Of a stretch of DNA of 64,000 nucleotides, positions 28,796 to 42,178 are shown piece by piece; positions within the stretch are counted from its first letter, which is position 1, and each line of letters opens with the position of its first letter. The DNA is taken from contig NW_005434662.1 of NCBI RefSeq assembly GCF_000315625.1, positions 340,307-404,306 of the forward strand, in the 5' to 3' direction. The notes beneath the pieces are model-generated. The model had not been told where the DNA came from, made no database searches, and saw only the letters and a program-made list of their open reading frames with translations. Both the position numbers and the translations under genes were made by a program. This DNA comes from Guillardia theta CCMP2712. Lineage: Eukaryota > Protista > Cryptophyta.

Positions 28796-29456
28796 ATAAC
28801 CATGAACATGACTTGCCTCATCTCTGTATGGGGCGAAACAAAACCATCGGCCCTTCAAGTTTAGGAAGCTCGCGGGGGCCCCTGGGTCGGAGTCCACGTC
28901 AGCGGCCAGTCACGATCTGCAGCAACGGTGTGACCGTGTGTCTCCCGGGCCGAGCCTCCGACCACTGACTGAGGCTTGACTCGATGTTCTGGCACCCACG
29001 GAGGCCGCTGACCGGCTAGTTGCTTGCGGGCCTCGCCTATGGGCTCGCAACTGACTCAGTGAGTTGGCCCCCCCTGTGACTCAGTGAAACGGGGTTACGA
29101 ATCTGAGGCGAGCTCTTCGGGTGAAATGTGATTGACAAGTGAAACCCAGTGGGGTGGGGTTATGTACCCTACCATACTTTTAAGCCCGATGGTTCCAGAA
29201 GGTAGACGGTGATAGTTCTTGCATTGCGCGCCAAGAAATATTGGGGTAGGGGAATGACGCTTGGCATGGACGGAGAAGGAAGATGAGGAGAGAGTTGAGA
29301 GGAGAGCGGTGCAGAGCGGAGGAGAGGGAAGGAGCTAGCAGGAAAGAAGACAGGTTGAGTGAACATCGCTGCCATGGAGTGACACAGCGATGAATCGGAT
29401 TGAAGACATGGTTGTCGGGCTGAGCAGTAAGTAGGAAGTAGAAGCATAGGAGCAGT

Positions 29457-32400
29457 ATGACTCACGATCGATACATCCAAAGCCTGAAAACTCTCCTCTT
29501 CATCCTCCTTGAAGGTACTTTATGCCTGTGATGCTCGCTTGAGCTGACATGGCTCCAGTCTTCCTTGCATCGACGGATGCCCTAGACATTGACTTCTCCC
29601 AGTCCCGACAGATTCAGACAGCTTCTGTTCGTATCTCAGGACCTCTCCTCTTCACCCTGGATTGGACGCAACCAGAGCGAGTCGACGAGCTTGACTAGTG
29701 AGCTTGCTCGAGCGCTGCTGACATGATCTGATCTTGCCCTTGACTTTATCGTGCAGTTACTTGATCACGCTCGAGTTTGTTGACAGTTTCCAAGACGCAG
29801 TCCAGTACAAGTACCATGTCCGTAACAACTTGACGAGTGTGCGGATCGATGGATCAGAGTTTGTCCCCATCTCCAGCAGTCAACCTCTCAACGCGTTCCG
29901 CGAAGATGTGAACTACACCTTCGCCATCAACGGAGTGTACTCTGGTGAGATTTGGGGCGACACGACCTTCTTCGTCCCGAACCCGATCCAAGCGCTGAAC
30001 ACTCCTCATGCGCCGGAAAACGTCAGCCTGACCTGGAGCATACCGTTCCACCTCGTTGTCCACTACGTGCTCCCTCCTGACTCCGAGCTCTACAACGTCC
30101 CGGAGGTCATCTACGACATCGAGTGGTATGCCATGAAGACGGTAGGGAACGAGACTTCAGGGAACGAGACGGCAGGGATCAAGTCGGCGCCAGTCCTGGT
30201 TCTCAACGAGAGCTTCGTGGACGATGGGAGCGGGCAGAAGAGCTACGCGTTTCCTGACCTCAAAGGAACGCTGATGTTTGTGCGCTTGCGGGTAGCCAAG
30301 AACGTGACGCTGGTATCCCCGGGCCTTTGGAGTCCACTCAGCAACGGCCTGCGAGTCATCGACGTTCCCTCCCCCGTGCTCTTCGACTTCGCCAGCGGGA
30401 GGACGGGAGGGTCGGCGTACCTGGCCGTGAAAGCTCACGTGACTTGCCTCACGTGACTGGGTCCGCGTCCTGAGGTGCTGGGCAGGTTCCGAGCGACACT
30501 GGGGATGACTTGAGTACCAACATCCCGATCCTAGAGGTCTGCCAGCTCCTCCCCCTCCTTTTCGGCTTCTAGACGCTGACCCTTGCTGTCAGTATGAGGT
30601 CAACGTCAGCCTCTACGACAACTTCTCCGAGGCGCTCCCCACGTCATACGACGCTGGAGCGCTGCTGTGGACCGCGGCTGACCTGGAGGAAGGGACGATG
30701 TACTACGTGCGGGCAAGGTACGAGCATGCTCGCGCCCCTCCCCACAGGATCTGATCCATTCTCCCCCAAGAGCACGGAACCCCGTCGGCTTCGGGAACTT
30801 TTCCTCCGCCTCCTACCGCCTGCTCGTCCCTCCCTCGGCGCCGGGGCTGACGATGCAGTATCGAGTTCCTTTGACAGTGAATTTCTCTTGGCAGGTACTG
30901 TGCGATGGAAGGGGAGGAGACTGAACTGACGTCTTCCTCCTCTCAGGCTCCCCTTGACTTGGGCTACGGACCAGGAGTCGAGCTCTCTGACTTAGTTGCT
31001 CAGAGCTTCTTCTATCAGATCTACTACTCCACCACCCTGCCCCTCGCATTGAGCTCGGTTTGCCTCTCATGTCCTTGTGCACTTGCCTGCCCCTCCCTCC
31101 TCCCTCCTCGTCCCTCCTCCATTTCCATCCTCCTCGTCCCTGCTCCATTTCCATCCTCCTCGTCCCTGCTCCATTTCCATCCTCCTCGTCCCTCCTCCAT
31201 TTCCATCCTCTTCTGCTCCTTTGCTCCTTCTTCTCCAGTTCTTCTCTCTGCCCGCCTGCTCATCGACCCAACAGGGCGTTGGTCTCCTCAACCTGTCCGG
31301 GGGCTTGCAGAACAACACCTTCTACGTCCAAGACGCGAGGAAGGGAGACATTGTTCACTTTGCTGTGCGGGGAAAGGTAGCAGGCACGTGCTCGCTCGTC
31401 GCTGCTGACACTGGGGTGCGGCAGAATCTTGCTGAGCAATATGGCACATGGTCCACTGAGCTCAACGTGACGGTCATCGACCTCCCAGGGGTAGCAATCT
31501 CCCTCCTCCTTTTCGTTGTCACTTTCCTTCCTCCTTCCTCACCTCTCCTGTCTCCTCCCTTCCTTCGTCCCTCCTCCTGCCTCATTCCTGCTCCCTTTCC
31601 TGTCATATCTTCCCCTCCCCCCTCCCCCCTCCCTCCTCCCTTCTCCCTCCTCCCAAGTCTCTCCGTCACTGAGCGCGTCCCCCAGGTCCCTTCAACTCCG
31701 TCGTTGGTGCTTGAAGGAGACAGAGCAGTTCGAGTGATTTGGACGCAGCCGACCGACACTGGAGCTGGATTCACAAACAACGAGAATTTCGTTATAAGGT
31801 CAGTTTCTTGCATTCTCATCCCCCTCATCCTCCTTCTCTCTCTCCCTACCTCCTCCCGCCTCTTCCCCTCTCTCCCTGCCCATCCACTCCCTCTCCCTCC
31901 GATGAAGGCTGCCACTGACGACATCTTGCTCCAGATACGAACTTCAGTTCTCTAACGCCAGCTGGCCCTCGGCTGTTGCCTACACGACGAATACTCTGCT
32001 GGACGGCCTGGAGGCAGGGGTAGCCCTTCGAGTCCAAGTCCGAGCTGTCAACCCAGTGGGAGCTGGGAACTTCTCCTCCCTCTCTGACCCCATCACGCCG
32101 CTGCGCCTGCCCAGCTCCCCGTTCATCCGCAACGTCACCGTCCTCAGCGACGCAGGCTCCTCCCTGGTCGTGGCTGTAAACTTCTCAGCACCTGCAGATG
32201 ATGGGCTCGACGGGGTGGAGGTCAGCCTGAGCTACTTCATCCTCGCAACGTCGGAAGAAGGAGGATGCGACAACGTGACAGGGGAGGCAGCACAGGGAGC
32301 AACGGGCTTCATCCTGCCTGCTGTGACCAAGGGCTGCAACTATACCTTCAGAGTAAGAGCGAGGAACGCCGCGGGCTACGGGAGCTACAGCAGCCCCGTC

Positions 32401-35400
32401 ACTAGGCTCCTCGTCGGCCTCCCTTCCGCTCCTCGGGTACAGCAGGTGAGCTTGCTCGGAGAGCTGCTGGAGAACAAGTTCTCTTGGGCCCTGACAGCCT
32501 CGTGGACGCTGCCGGAGGATACGGGAGGGGGAGGGCCCGACGTAGCCTTCATCAAGGACTATCTTGTGAAGGTCTCTCAGGACCCCTCCTTCTCCCAGCT
32601 GATAGCGCAGGAGGAGGTCAGCAACACCACCCTCCACCTCACCTTCGACACCAGCCAGCTGCAGACCAGGCTCCCCCTCCTCCTCCGCATCTCCGCCAGG
32701 AACCTCCTCGGCCTCGGATTGCCGGCTGTCAACTCCACCGACATAGTCCGAGTGCTGTCGGTCCAGAACGTCTCCCTCACGTTCTTCGAGCCTTCGGTTC
32801 AGGACATCCAGGAGGCAACAGCTGGGTCCCTCGTGGGCTGCGTGGTTGAGTTCTCCCTCCCATCCAACGTGAACCAGTTTGACACCCTAGTTGTCAAGTT
32901 CGTCGACTTTGACCTATCTCGAGTCAGCCCCGTCAACGACACCCTCAAGGTGCTGGAGGGAGGCATCATCTCCAGCTACTCTGGCCCCTTTGCGCTCAGC
33001 TGGGGCTCCCTCCCAGCTGATCAGGTGCAGCTCAACCTGTCGGCCCCGGTCAGCGTTACTGCCGGGTCTCTCTTCAGCTTCAGCCTGTCAAACTTGACGT
33101 GCCGCCACTGGTCGGGCCGGACCTCGTTCGAGCTCCGCGTCCTCTCCTCCTCCGGCCTTGTTGCGGAGGTTTTCGACGTCCCTGGCCTCCTCCTCCTACC
33201 CGGCAGCCTCTCCGCCAACGTCAGCATCCTCGACCAGCGCGTGCAGGCTTCTGCTGTCGTCCAGCTGATGCCCTCCTTGGAGAACCTGATCCCAGCTAGT
33301 GCCATACTGAACCTCACAGTCAGCTCTCAGTTCGTCCTCGAGGACTACCTCACCGTGCAGACGAGCGACTTGCTCGGCGACTTCACGCTGCAGGCGGAGG
33401 GGAGGAGCATCGTCATCACCCGGCAGGGGCCGGAAGTGAGCTACGGTCAGCTGCTCTCCTTCTCCCTTCTGGGCCTCAAGAGCGTCGCCAACATGACCGT
33501 GCTCGAGCCCTTCGCTCTGCAGACGCGCAGAGTGGAGGGAGAGGTCATCGACCAGATCAGCCCGCTCCTCCCTTCCTACAGCTTCCGCCCTGCCTCTGCT
33601 GGGAACCTCTCCTGCCCTGCTGGGACTTACCTGGAGCGCCTCGGCTGCACCAACTGCCCGGGCAACTCCAGCTCCCCAACCGGCAGCACCTCCATCCTCA
33701 ACTGCACCTGCATCCCGGGCTTCACCGGCATCATCACCTCCCTCACCTCCTCCTGCTCCCCATGCCCTCCTGGCACTAGCAAGCAGCTCCCTGGCAACGG
33801 GACCTGCCAGCCCTGCGGGCCTGAGACGTACTCCCCGAGGGAGGGACAGGCTGCCTGCCCGCCCAACGACGACCTGAGGGCCTGCGACAACTTGGCGTGC
33901 AAGTTCCAGAAGGTTTCAAAGGATGCAGTGCTGTGGAACCCTCTAGCATGGCTCTCCTTCGGCGGACCGGCGCCCGGCAAGCTGATTCCGGACTCCGAGC
34001 TCTACTACTCCCTCCCGGGCCAGAACAGGATACTCAAGTTCGACCGCCAGTCAGGTGCCATCCTCCTAGATGCCGGCTGCCAGAGCGGCCGCCTGCCCTC
34101 CGACGTCGCCGTCCCTGCCGCGTCTGCATGTTTCAACATGCCCACTGCCATGCTGAAAGTCGGCAACTCACTGATCATCGCTGACACGATGAACTTTGCA
34201 CTACGTCAGCTCGACCTGTCCTCCTCGACCGTCTCCACACTTCCAGTTGGGACGCCAGGTGGACCCACTTTCCTCCCTAACCCCGTATCCCTTCCCCTGT
34301 GCTTGCTGTCCTCCTCTCCTCTCTACTGTCCCTCCTGACCTCTCCTCCCTCTCCTCCCCCTCAATTTGCCACCCAGAATTTTCTAAGAGGTTCATCGTGC
34401 GTGACCTTCTCTGCCCTTGTCCCCCTCCCTTGCCTCTCCTCCTCTCTCCTCCTCTCTCCTCCTCTCTCCTCCTCTCTCCTCCTCTCTCTTCCTCTCTCCT
34501 CTCTCAACCTCCTGTCTTTGCCTTTGACTGCCTCCCAGGGTTTGCAGGGACAGCCGATGGCAATCGGAGCACAGCACAACTCGAGTTGCCCATCGGTCTG
34601 GCTGCGAGTTCAAGCACAGGGAGCTCGAGCACTCTCTACCTGCTCGACAACAATCGAGGTAGAGCGAGCAAGACGAGCAGGTCGAGGTCAAGGACGGCGA
34701 GGAGAGAATGTGAAAGGGGAAGCAGAGTACAAGACGAGGAAACAAGGAGATGGGGGAGGGAAAGGGGATGGAGCAGAGAGAATCAACGGATCTCTCTGCA
34801 AGTGACCTCACTACTTCCTGACAGTTCGCATGGTCAACGTCATCACTGGGGAGGTTCAAACACTTGCAGGATCAGGAGCCAACGGCTTCGTAGACGGTGA
34901 GGCCGAGAGGTTTCCTGTCGCCTCCTCTCACTTGAGCCCTTGCAGGCGTCGGGACCTCCGCTGAGTTCCACAGTCCTCGGGACATAGTCCTCGATGGGGT
35001 GAGCCAAGTGACTGAGGGCTAGGAGGCGCTGAAGGGCTAGCAGGACAAGCTCTACATTGCAGATAGTGGAAGCCACCGCATCCGTACTCTGAGCATCTCC
35101 ACCAGGGACGTCTCGACGCTTGCCGGTAGATACCGCCTCCTTCTCCTCCTCCTCCTCCTCCTCCTCCTCCTCCTCCTCCTCCTCCTCCTCCTCCTCCTCC
35201 TCCTCCTCCTCCTCCCCCACCTCGCATTCGTTTTCTCGTCTCCTAATTCCACTCCATCCCTTGTTCCTCTCCTCTTCCTCCTCTTCACCTCTGACGCCCA
35301 GCAGGATACGCGTGGAAGCAGGGAACGCAAGACGGCAAGGGGACCTTCGCTCGCTTCCTCTCTCCCTTCAGCCTCGCCCTCTCCTCCGCTGTAAACTCCT

Positions 35401-36046
35401 TGGCCCTCTCTGCTCCAGAGGTGCTGACGTCACCACCCACCGCAGACCAACGAGCTCTTCGTTGCCGACTATGACGCCATGAACATCCGGGTGGTGAACT
35501 TAGAGACTCAGATTGTGACTACCCTCCTGTCCACTCCGTACCACGTCAATTCGATCGCTCTTGTAAGCCAGTCCTCCCCTCCCATCTCCTCCCCTCCCAT
35601 CTCCTCCCTCCCTCCCTTCCCTCCCATCTCCTCCCTCCCTCCCTCCCTCCCTTCCTCCCTCCCTCCTCCCTCTGCCCCTCCTCCCCTTCATTCATCTTCT
35701 TGACGGCGTTCGCAGACAGACAGTTCTACAAGCGTCAACATGATCTACATCGCCAACAGAGCGCGAGTCGACAGGTGACCGGCGCGGTTCTGTTCCTAGT
35801 CGCCAGCTCTCCCCTTCAGCTCCTCCTGACCCCCCTCCTCCTGATCTTCCTGACGATTTCCTTTGCTAGACTTCTCTTCCTCTGTGCGCCCGGCTACTAC
35901 AGGGAGGGGAACACAAAGTCGGGTATCGCTAGAGGAAGAGGAGCGACTCACAGGGCCGCAGGTGCTACGTCTGCGCGCCGAGCTGCCAGGATGGACAGAC
36001 CTTCATTCCCCTCTGCGACGGCATCGACGACAACATCTGCGAGTGA
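29457..36046 (+). CDS. Large secreted protein: multiple fibronectin type III domains, Ephrin-receptor/GCC-type Cys-rich repeats, NHL repeats, terminal TNFR-like Cys motif
   Basis: Signal-like MTHDRYIQSLKTLLFILLE/VFLAS. FN3 YTFRVRARNAAGYGSYS and WTLPEDTGG. Cys-rich CTNCPGNSSSPTGSTSILNCTCIPGF and CPPGTSK. NHL FNMPTAML...LIIADTMNFALR and LYIADSGSHRIR. Ends CYVCAPSCQDGQTFIPLCDGIDDNICE*. Confidence 0.8.
31103..31210. repeat. 26-bp minisatellite x4 (CCTCCTCGTCCCT[C/G]CTCCATTTCCAT), intronic
   Basis: Direct reading. Confidence 0.85.
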
Positions 36047-36699
36047 TGGAGTGACTTGTACATAGCAAACTTATACTCGACCTTGACATCATGAAACGTC
36101 ATCAAGTGTCAACTTCATTGCCCCATATTCATCCAGGATTTTGACCGTTTGAAGCCGGCCGGATCGGATACTACCAGACTCGGCAGTGATTCCTCTTGCT
36201 CGGCAGCAGCCTCTGAGCCGGAACCGGCGCCCCTTCCCTCTTCCTTCAGGATTGCCGGCAGCGTCGACGTCATCCCTGTAGTAGGGGTCCGACCCTCCTT
36301 CGTCAAGTCGAGCTCAGTCAGGACCTTCCATGGATGTGCATCATCACTGGCATGATCCCGGATGGGAGACAGAGTTCTGTGCGACCTCAAGTGATACCCG
36401 TCCCAAGCCACCGATTGTCGCCATTCCAACTGAAGCAGAAGAAGGAAGAAAGCGCTGGTTGACATGTTCTTCTCTCTCCTCCTCTCTACCAAATCAAGTA
36501 GGTTCACAGGATTCTGATAATGCTCGATAGGTCGAGCCGATCTATCAGGTCTGAAGTGATCAGGACCGCCTCATGGAAGTTGTAACGAGCATCCTCGTGT
36601 ATGTTCAAACTGCTCGAGCTTGGCAGCATTGTACTTCAACCTACATGATGCGAGAGAAGCAGAAGTGTATGTACATGCACGGTAGACGATCAACCCTGT

Positions 36700-36850
36700 G
36701 CTAGCTCAACCATGTTGCTCCCCCCAGCATGCCTTGCATCGCGATCGGACTCGCCAGTGCTCGCATATATCCTCCCTCCCCCGCATGCCTTGCATTTCGA
36801 TCGCTACCTCCCGTGCTCGCATACAACCCTTGTTCTTTTTCTCTGTCCTG
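36700..36850 (-). pseudogene. Disrupted CEHxRxRSxCKxCGG Cys/His tandem-repeat gene
   Basis: Reads VCEHGR*RSKCKACGGGRI, then a 2-bp TA insertion, then CEHWRVRSRCKACWG. Confidence 0.75.
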
Positions 36851-37162
36851 TTGTATCTTCTCGCTGTTCCTCTCCTCTCCTGTCCTCCCCTTCCTCTGAG
36901 CCCTCCATCTTCCTCCTCCTTCCCGCTATCTCGCTGCATCTCAATCTCGCTGGACATGTCCGGTACCATTCATTCCCTGATTCATCCCCCTCATATTCAA
37001 TGTGTGTGAGGGGATGTGGGGTCCTGCACGACATCCTCCAGGGATGAGGCGGATCATGCGGCAACCAAGAGCAGGGACCAGCAGCTAGGAGGAGAGGGGG
37101 AACAGGAGGAGGAGGAGGAGGGAGGAGGGAGGAGCTCTGCTGGAGGAGGAGAGCAACCCATC

Positions 37163-40100
37163 ATGAGGAGCATCAACCTTGCCCTGAGCCTCTTCGTAGC
37201 CACCTGCGTCTGCAAGCTGCATCTGCCATCTCAGGCGAGGCATGCAGCTCCCTGTTGCCGCTATGGTCGAACGTCTGCCCTGCGCGTGCTGCGGTTGCAA
37301 GGGGGTACAGTGAGCGACGAGGACGCGGAATATCCATCCCTTGCTGCTGCGAAGGAGAGATTGATCAAGGAGATGAACGAAAAGGGAGACAGTGAAGACG
37401 CATACTCCGACGAGGAGATCCTTCCAGACAGGAGCGCTATCTCCGACTGGAGTTTCACGCATGGGAGCGGGGAGGGCCCCTGGGAGGAGAGAGAGTTTGT
37501 GAGTCTACACAATGTCAAGACCGGGGCGACGATCGAGTTGTTGAGGGACGCAGGGCACATGTCGTTCTCGTTTCAGTGCAGCAAGAAGGGGTAAGCTTCT
37601 TTCTTGTGTGAGGCAAGAGCTGAAGTCGAAGAACAGAGAAGTTCGTTCATACCTGGGCAACGACGCTGGTTTTGTGTTCACACCGTCCCTGAGTGCAAGG
37701 AACCTCGTGGTTGATGGCAAGGTGAAGAGAGTCCCGATACTGGATGTGCAGGGCTTCGAGGAGGACGGACGGATGACGTTCGGGTCGTGGATCTTCGAGC
37801 TGGAAGCGGATGATACGGAGAAAAGGTGGAGGAACATCGTGGTGCGGAACACAGGTGAGCATGCGTGCGTGGAGGGTCATGTTGCCTGATGAGGGTTGAA
37901 GGGGGCTCCCCCGAGGACGAGATGTTCCTACGGCCCGAAGGCTTCGTCTTCACTTCCGCCAGGTCGCTGAAAGCGATGGTGGTGGAGTACTCTAGGATAG
38001 AGTGGGTGTCTTTGGGGACTATGGCAGAGTACCTCCTCCAAGATGACCTGATGTTTGACCGCCAAGTTGAGAGCGAGGAGGAGGAGGAGGGGGCAGGGGA
38101 AGAGGAGAGAAACGAGATTGCAGACTTGCTCCAAGAAGGAAGGTCGGGGCTGAGAGGATACGACGGGGAGCTGGAGCCTCTGCACGAGGTTGTGGAGAGA
38201 GAGAACGAGAAGATGCAGGCAGAGGTGAACCCTTCACCTCCACCCGCTCCTACCTGACTAGCGCGTCCAGCCCGACAACCTGAAACCGTCTGGGAATAAG
38301 CTGCTGGAAGAAGCGTTCCCGTGGATCAAGGAGGGGATGGAGGAGGAAAAGGAGGAAAATCCTGAGATGGACTACAATAAGTTCGGCGATTATTTCTCTC
38401 AGCCTTCAGCTACCTACCTCCATCCAATCAAGGGTAGCCAGCCCCTCTACCAAACGAACTACCACGACCCGACGACGATGACTCAGTTCCGATATGAAAA
38501 CGTCTCTCTGCAAGAGCTCGTGGACATGAAGCTACGCGAGAGGGAGAAGGAGAGGGAGACGTGGAAGCGCTCGACAAGCTTGCTCGTGCAGGAACCTGTT
38601 TCTCTCCTCCCCTCCCCTTGTGACATCTTGCTTGCAGGCAGGGCACGCCGAGAACGAGAAGGCTGCGACCGACATGCTTGTCAACCACTTCAATGCCACC
38701 CTTGATCAGCTGGTGTACGTGCTGGAGCTCGTCGACCACAGGCTGGTGGGAGACATTGTGGAAGGGTTCAACCTGCTGGAGCGAAGGAGGCAAGCATACT
38801 TGGAGTACGACGATGACGACATCGACCAGACGCTCCTGGGCGTCGGGAAGTTCAACGAGCTCTGTCAGAGCCTTGACCCTGATTACATGAAGAAGCTGCA
38901 GCTGAGAATCAACGCCTCCCATGAGGCTCTGCCAGCCAAGTGGTCAGAGCTGAACGAGACTGCAGTCTGGAAGAAGTCGGCGGTGGACGTGGCCCCCTAC
39001 GCGTATCACTCAGGTCTGATCATCAGCAATGAGCAGCTGGTGGAATGGGAGAAGAGGCGCAGGGAGAGGGATCAGAAGCTCTCAACTTCGCTGCTCCAAC
39101 AGGCTGCGGCATTCCTACGAGCAGACGAGAAGGCCAATGACGTTCTGCCGTTAAAAGATGTAGACGATAGCAAACTGATGCTGCAAGAGACTCATTATCC
39201 CAGCGAGCTCAACCTGACAGTCGTAGGCGGTAAGGACGTGCAGCAGCAGTCGAGCTTGTTCTCTCAGAAAGTCAACAACTCGATGACTAGCCTTGCGATC
39301 CAAGGACGGCTGGACACGCAGGTGAAGCTCATGCAGGCGCTGGTTGAGGAGTCGCACAAGAACAGGAGGCTCGCAGCTCGAAAGCAAAAGATCGATCTAG
39401 AACATGTGAACATGATCGAGTCGCTACGGCCTGCCAAGAATGGGACAGAGGAGGAGGAGGAGGAGGAGGAGGTCGATCTTTCTGCATTAGACAATGAGAT
39501 CGAGCGACTAGAAAACGAGCTTCAATCGTTGCGCATGGACTCAGCTGAAACCAGTGACTCATTCCAGATCAAAACCAAGAAAGTTCAGCCCAAGGAAAAG
39601 ATTTCTTTAGGCCACAAAGTTTCAGATGTCGATCCCTTGGTGGAGCTTAAGAAGAAGATTGACAAGACGAAAATGAAAGGAGACGACTTGAGCTTGCAGA
39701 AGATTCTTGGGAAAGAAAAGAAACAATCTGGAAGTCTGCCAAACATCAACGACCTGCTCAAAGGGATGAAATCCAAGCCTTCGAACACTTCTGGGCATAT
39801 TTGGACTCCTGACGTCATCCAAAAGTTGTTTGCAAATGCCACTAATGCTACTAGCGACGCTGAAATCGGTAACTTCGCACCAGTCGTTCCTTACTTGCTT
39901 GTGTCCGTTGTTCTTGATGCTTGCCGAATATGTTTTTTATTCTGGCTGTTGGTTCTTTCCGTGTTTTTTAAGTTTCCTACTCTTAAGTTTCCTCCATATA
40001 TGACCATGATGCATCTAGACGCCAAAATTGCTTTGGACCAAGCATTGAAGAATGCGATGGGAATGCTTGAATCGATTTCAAGTCGACCCACCTCCGTCAT

Positions 40101-42178
40101 TTCAAATAATTCCAGTATGTTTCATCAGCCTGTTAACATTTTTTTGATCACTTGACCAGTCAAACCCGAATGGCTACAGCCTGCCGATCTCACTGGTCTG
40201 CAAGACAGTGACAATGAAACCGTTGGGGAGGGGGGAGACGAGGAGCAAGAATGGGACGGGGACTTGCTATGGACGATGGGCAAGCAAGAAGATCCAGACG
40301 TGAACGACGAGTTCCCTCCCCCTCATTTTCAACATGGCGGTACTGCTGGCGGGACTGCAGCAGGTCTTGACAGGACGGACGAGCCGATGGATGCGCATGG
40401 GGACGAGATTGTGAAAATGCCCAAGGGTTCAGGCTCAGCAGAAGACGACTGGGTAAGCTCCATGACTGCGCAGGAGGTCTGGGACATCGTTCAGGGAAGA
40501 GGACAAGGAGGAGATGGGTACACTGTCCTTCGGAACCGGATCTACGGCACAGTCATCGAGTTGTACCATGATAGCGATGATGGTGGGTCAGGTACAAGTC
40601 ATTCCCTGCCCCTGATTCGTGCTGTCAGGGTTTTTCCGCTTCCTTCCAGGCGCTGCTATGCCCCGTGATCGGACCGAGAAGGGGGAGCCGATGTGGAGGG
40701 TGAAGTGCCAGGACAAGGGAGGACAGACACTGACTATCTCAACAGGGGGAGTTTACAAGAACCATCTTCACCTGTGCGAGGTCAGCTGCACTCTGCAGCC
40801 TGTCCAACTTGTCAAGCTTGCGCAGGTGGGGAGACTTCTGGCCCCGCGTCTGCTTCATGGCCCACATGCTGGTTCGTTTGATCATAGAGATCAAGGTGAG
40901 AAGAGACCCCCGACCAGCAGCCGCCCAGCTGGAACTTTGACCTCCTCCCATTCTAATCATCTGTCAGGATCGATCCAAGGTTCGCTACCCCTACGACAAG
41001 AGCACAGCAGCCGGGCTCTGGACAATCAGTGGGTCCCCCACTCGCACTAGCGGGAGAGCATGACGACTGTCCCCGCAGGTCCTCAAGGTGCCGTCATGAA
41101 GGTCTCGTGGTCGTTGGACGCCCATCGGTCGATCCCTCACAAGGCGCGAGGGCTGCTGGTGAGGTGCGGGTGGAGGTACTGGTGGAGCTGACGTGACGCA
41201 GTTCCTCACCCCCGACGGGTTCATCTTCTTCGGCGAGAGAAGCATAGTGCATGTCTGCCTTGCCCTCCCGCCTCCTCTTCCCACCCCGCTGACTTCACCG
41301 CAGGTGTGTCGTGGTGAGGAGCCCAGGAGGATGCCAAGATACGCGTTACAGACCCCCTTCGAGCTGACAGCAGCAGGGCAGAAGTACTTCGAGCATGAGC
41401 TGGAGGTGTTTTATCTCCTTCCATCAGATCTTTCAAACAGTGACGTCCATGGCAGAGTCGTCTGGATTGGTATCTCAACGACGACGAGGCTGAGCAGCTC
41501 ACGATCTGCTGTAAAGAGGTGAAATTTCGTGCTGGGAGCTGCTGGACTTACAGCCCGTCGACAGGGAGGAGGCAAAGAGCTTGTGAGGCTGAAGAGGAGA
41601 CCCGAGTCGATCCGACCAGTCAGACGATTCAATTCCCACATCGACGCGTACGAGCAAACTCCCATCAACATTTCCCACCTCTAGGATACTTGGAGCATGT
41701 TTTTCTACCTAGTCCCTTGGAGCAGACATCACTGGTCAATAATCAGCCCCATGCGCTAGTAAATCTTCTCCTCTCTGCTCTCCCTCCACTCCCTCCACTC
41801 CTCCACTACCTCCACTCCCTCCCTCCCTCCCTCACTCACTCACTCACTCACTCACTCACTCACTCCCTCCCTCACTCACTCACTCAATCACTCACTCACT
41901 CCCTCCACTCCCTCACTCACTCACTCACTCACTCACTCACTCACTCACTCACTCACTCACTCACTCACTCACTCACTCACTCACTCACTCACTCACTCAC
42001 TCACTCACTCACTCACTCACTCACTCACTCACTCACTCACTCACTCACTCACTCACTCACTCACTCACTCACTCACTCACTCACTCACTCACTCACTCAC
42101 TCACTCACTCACTCACTCACTCACTCACTCACTAGCTCACTGTCCTCCGCTTGTTCGCAGCCAAGTCTCTCGTCATAG
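37163..42178 (+). CDS. Large hypothetical protein with bipartite presequence, central coiled coil and two copies of an unrecognised domain; multi-exon
   Basis: Signal MRSINLALSLFVATCVC, then a basic transit-like stretch ending VLRLQGG. Exons chain in frame through 38637-39870 and onward. The 3' end is uncertain (~41760-42178). Confidence 0.65.
41830..42132. repeat. (CACT)n tetranucleotide microsatellite, ~300 bp
   Basis: Direct reading. Confidence 0.97.

Noticed and set aside
31103-31210. 26-bp repeats as a CRISPR array
   Set aside because: Units are contiguous with no spacers, intronic, eukaryotic context, and no cas genes.
41830-42132. (CACT)n as a telomere or CRISPR array
   Set aside because: Simple internal tetranucleotide microsatellite with no spacers and no terminal position.
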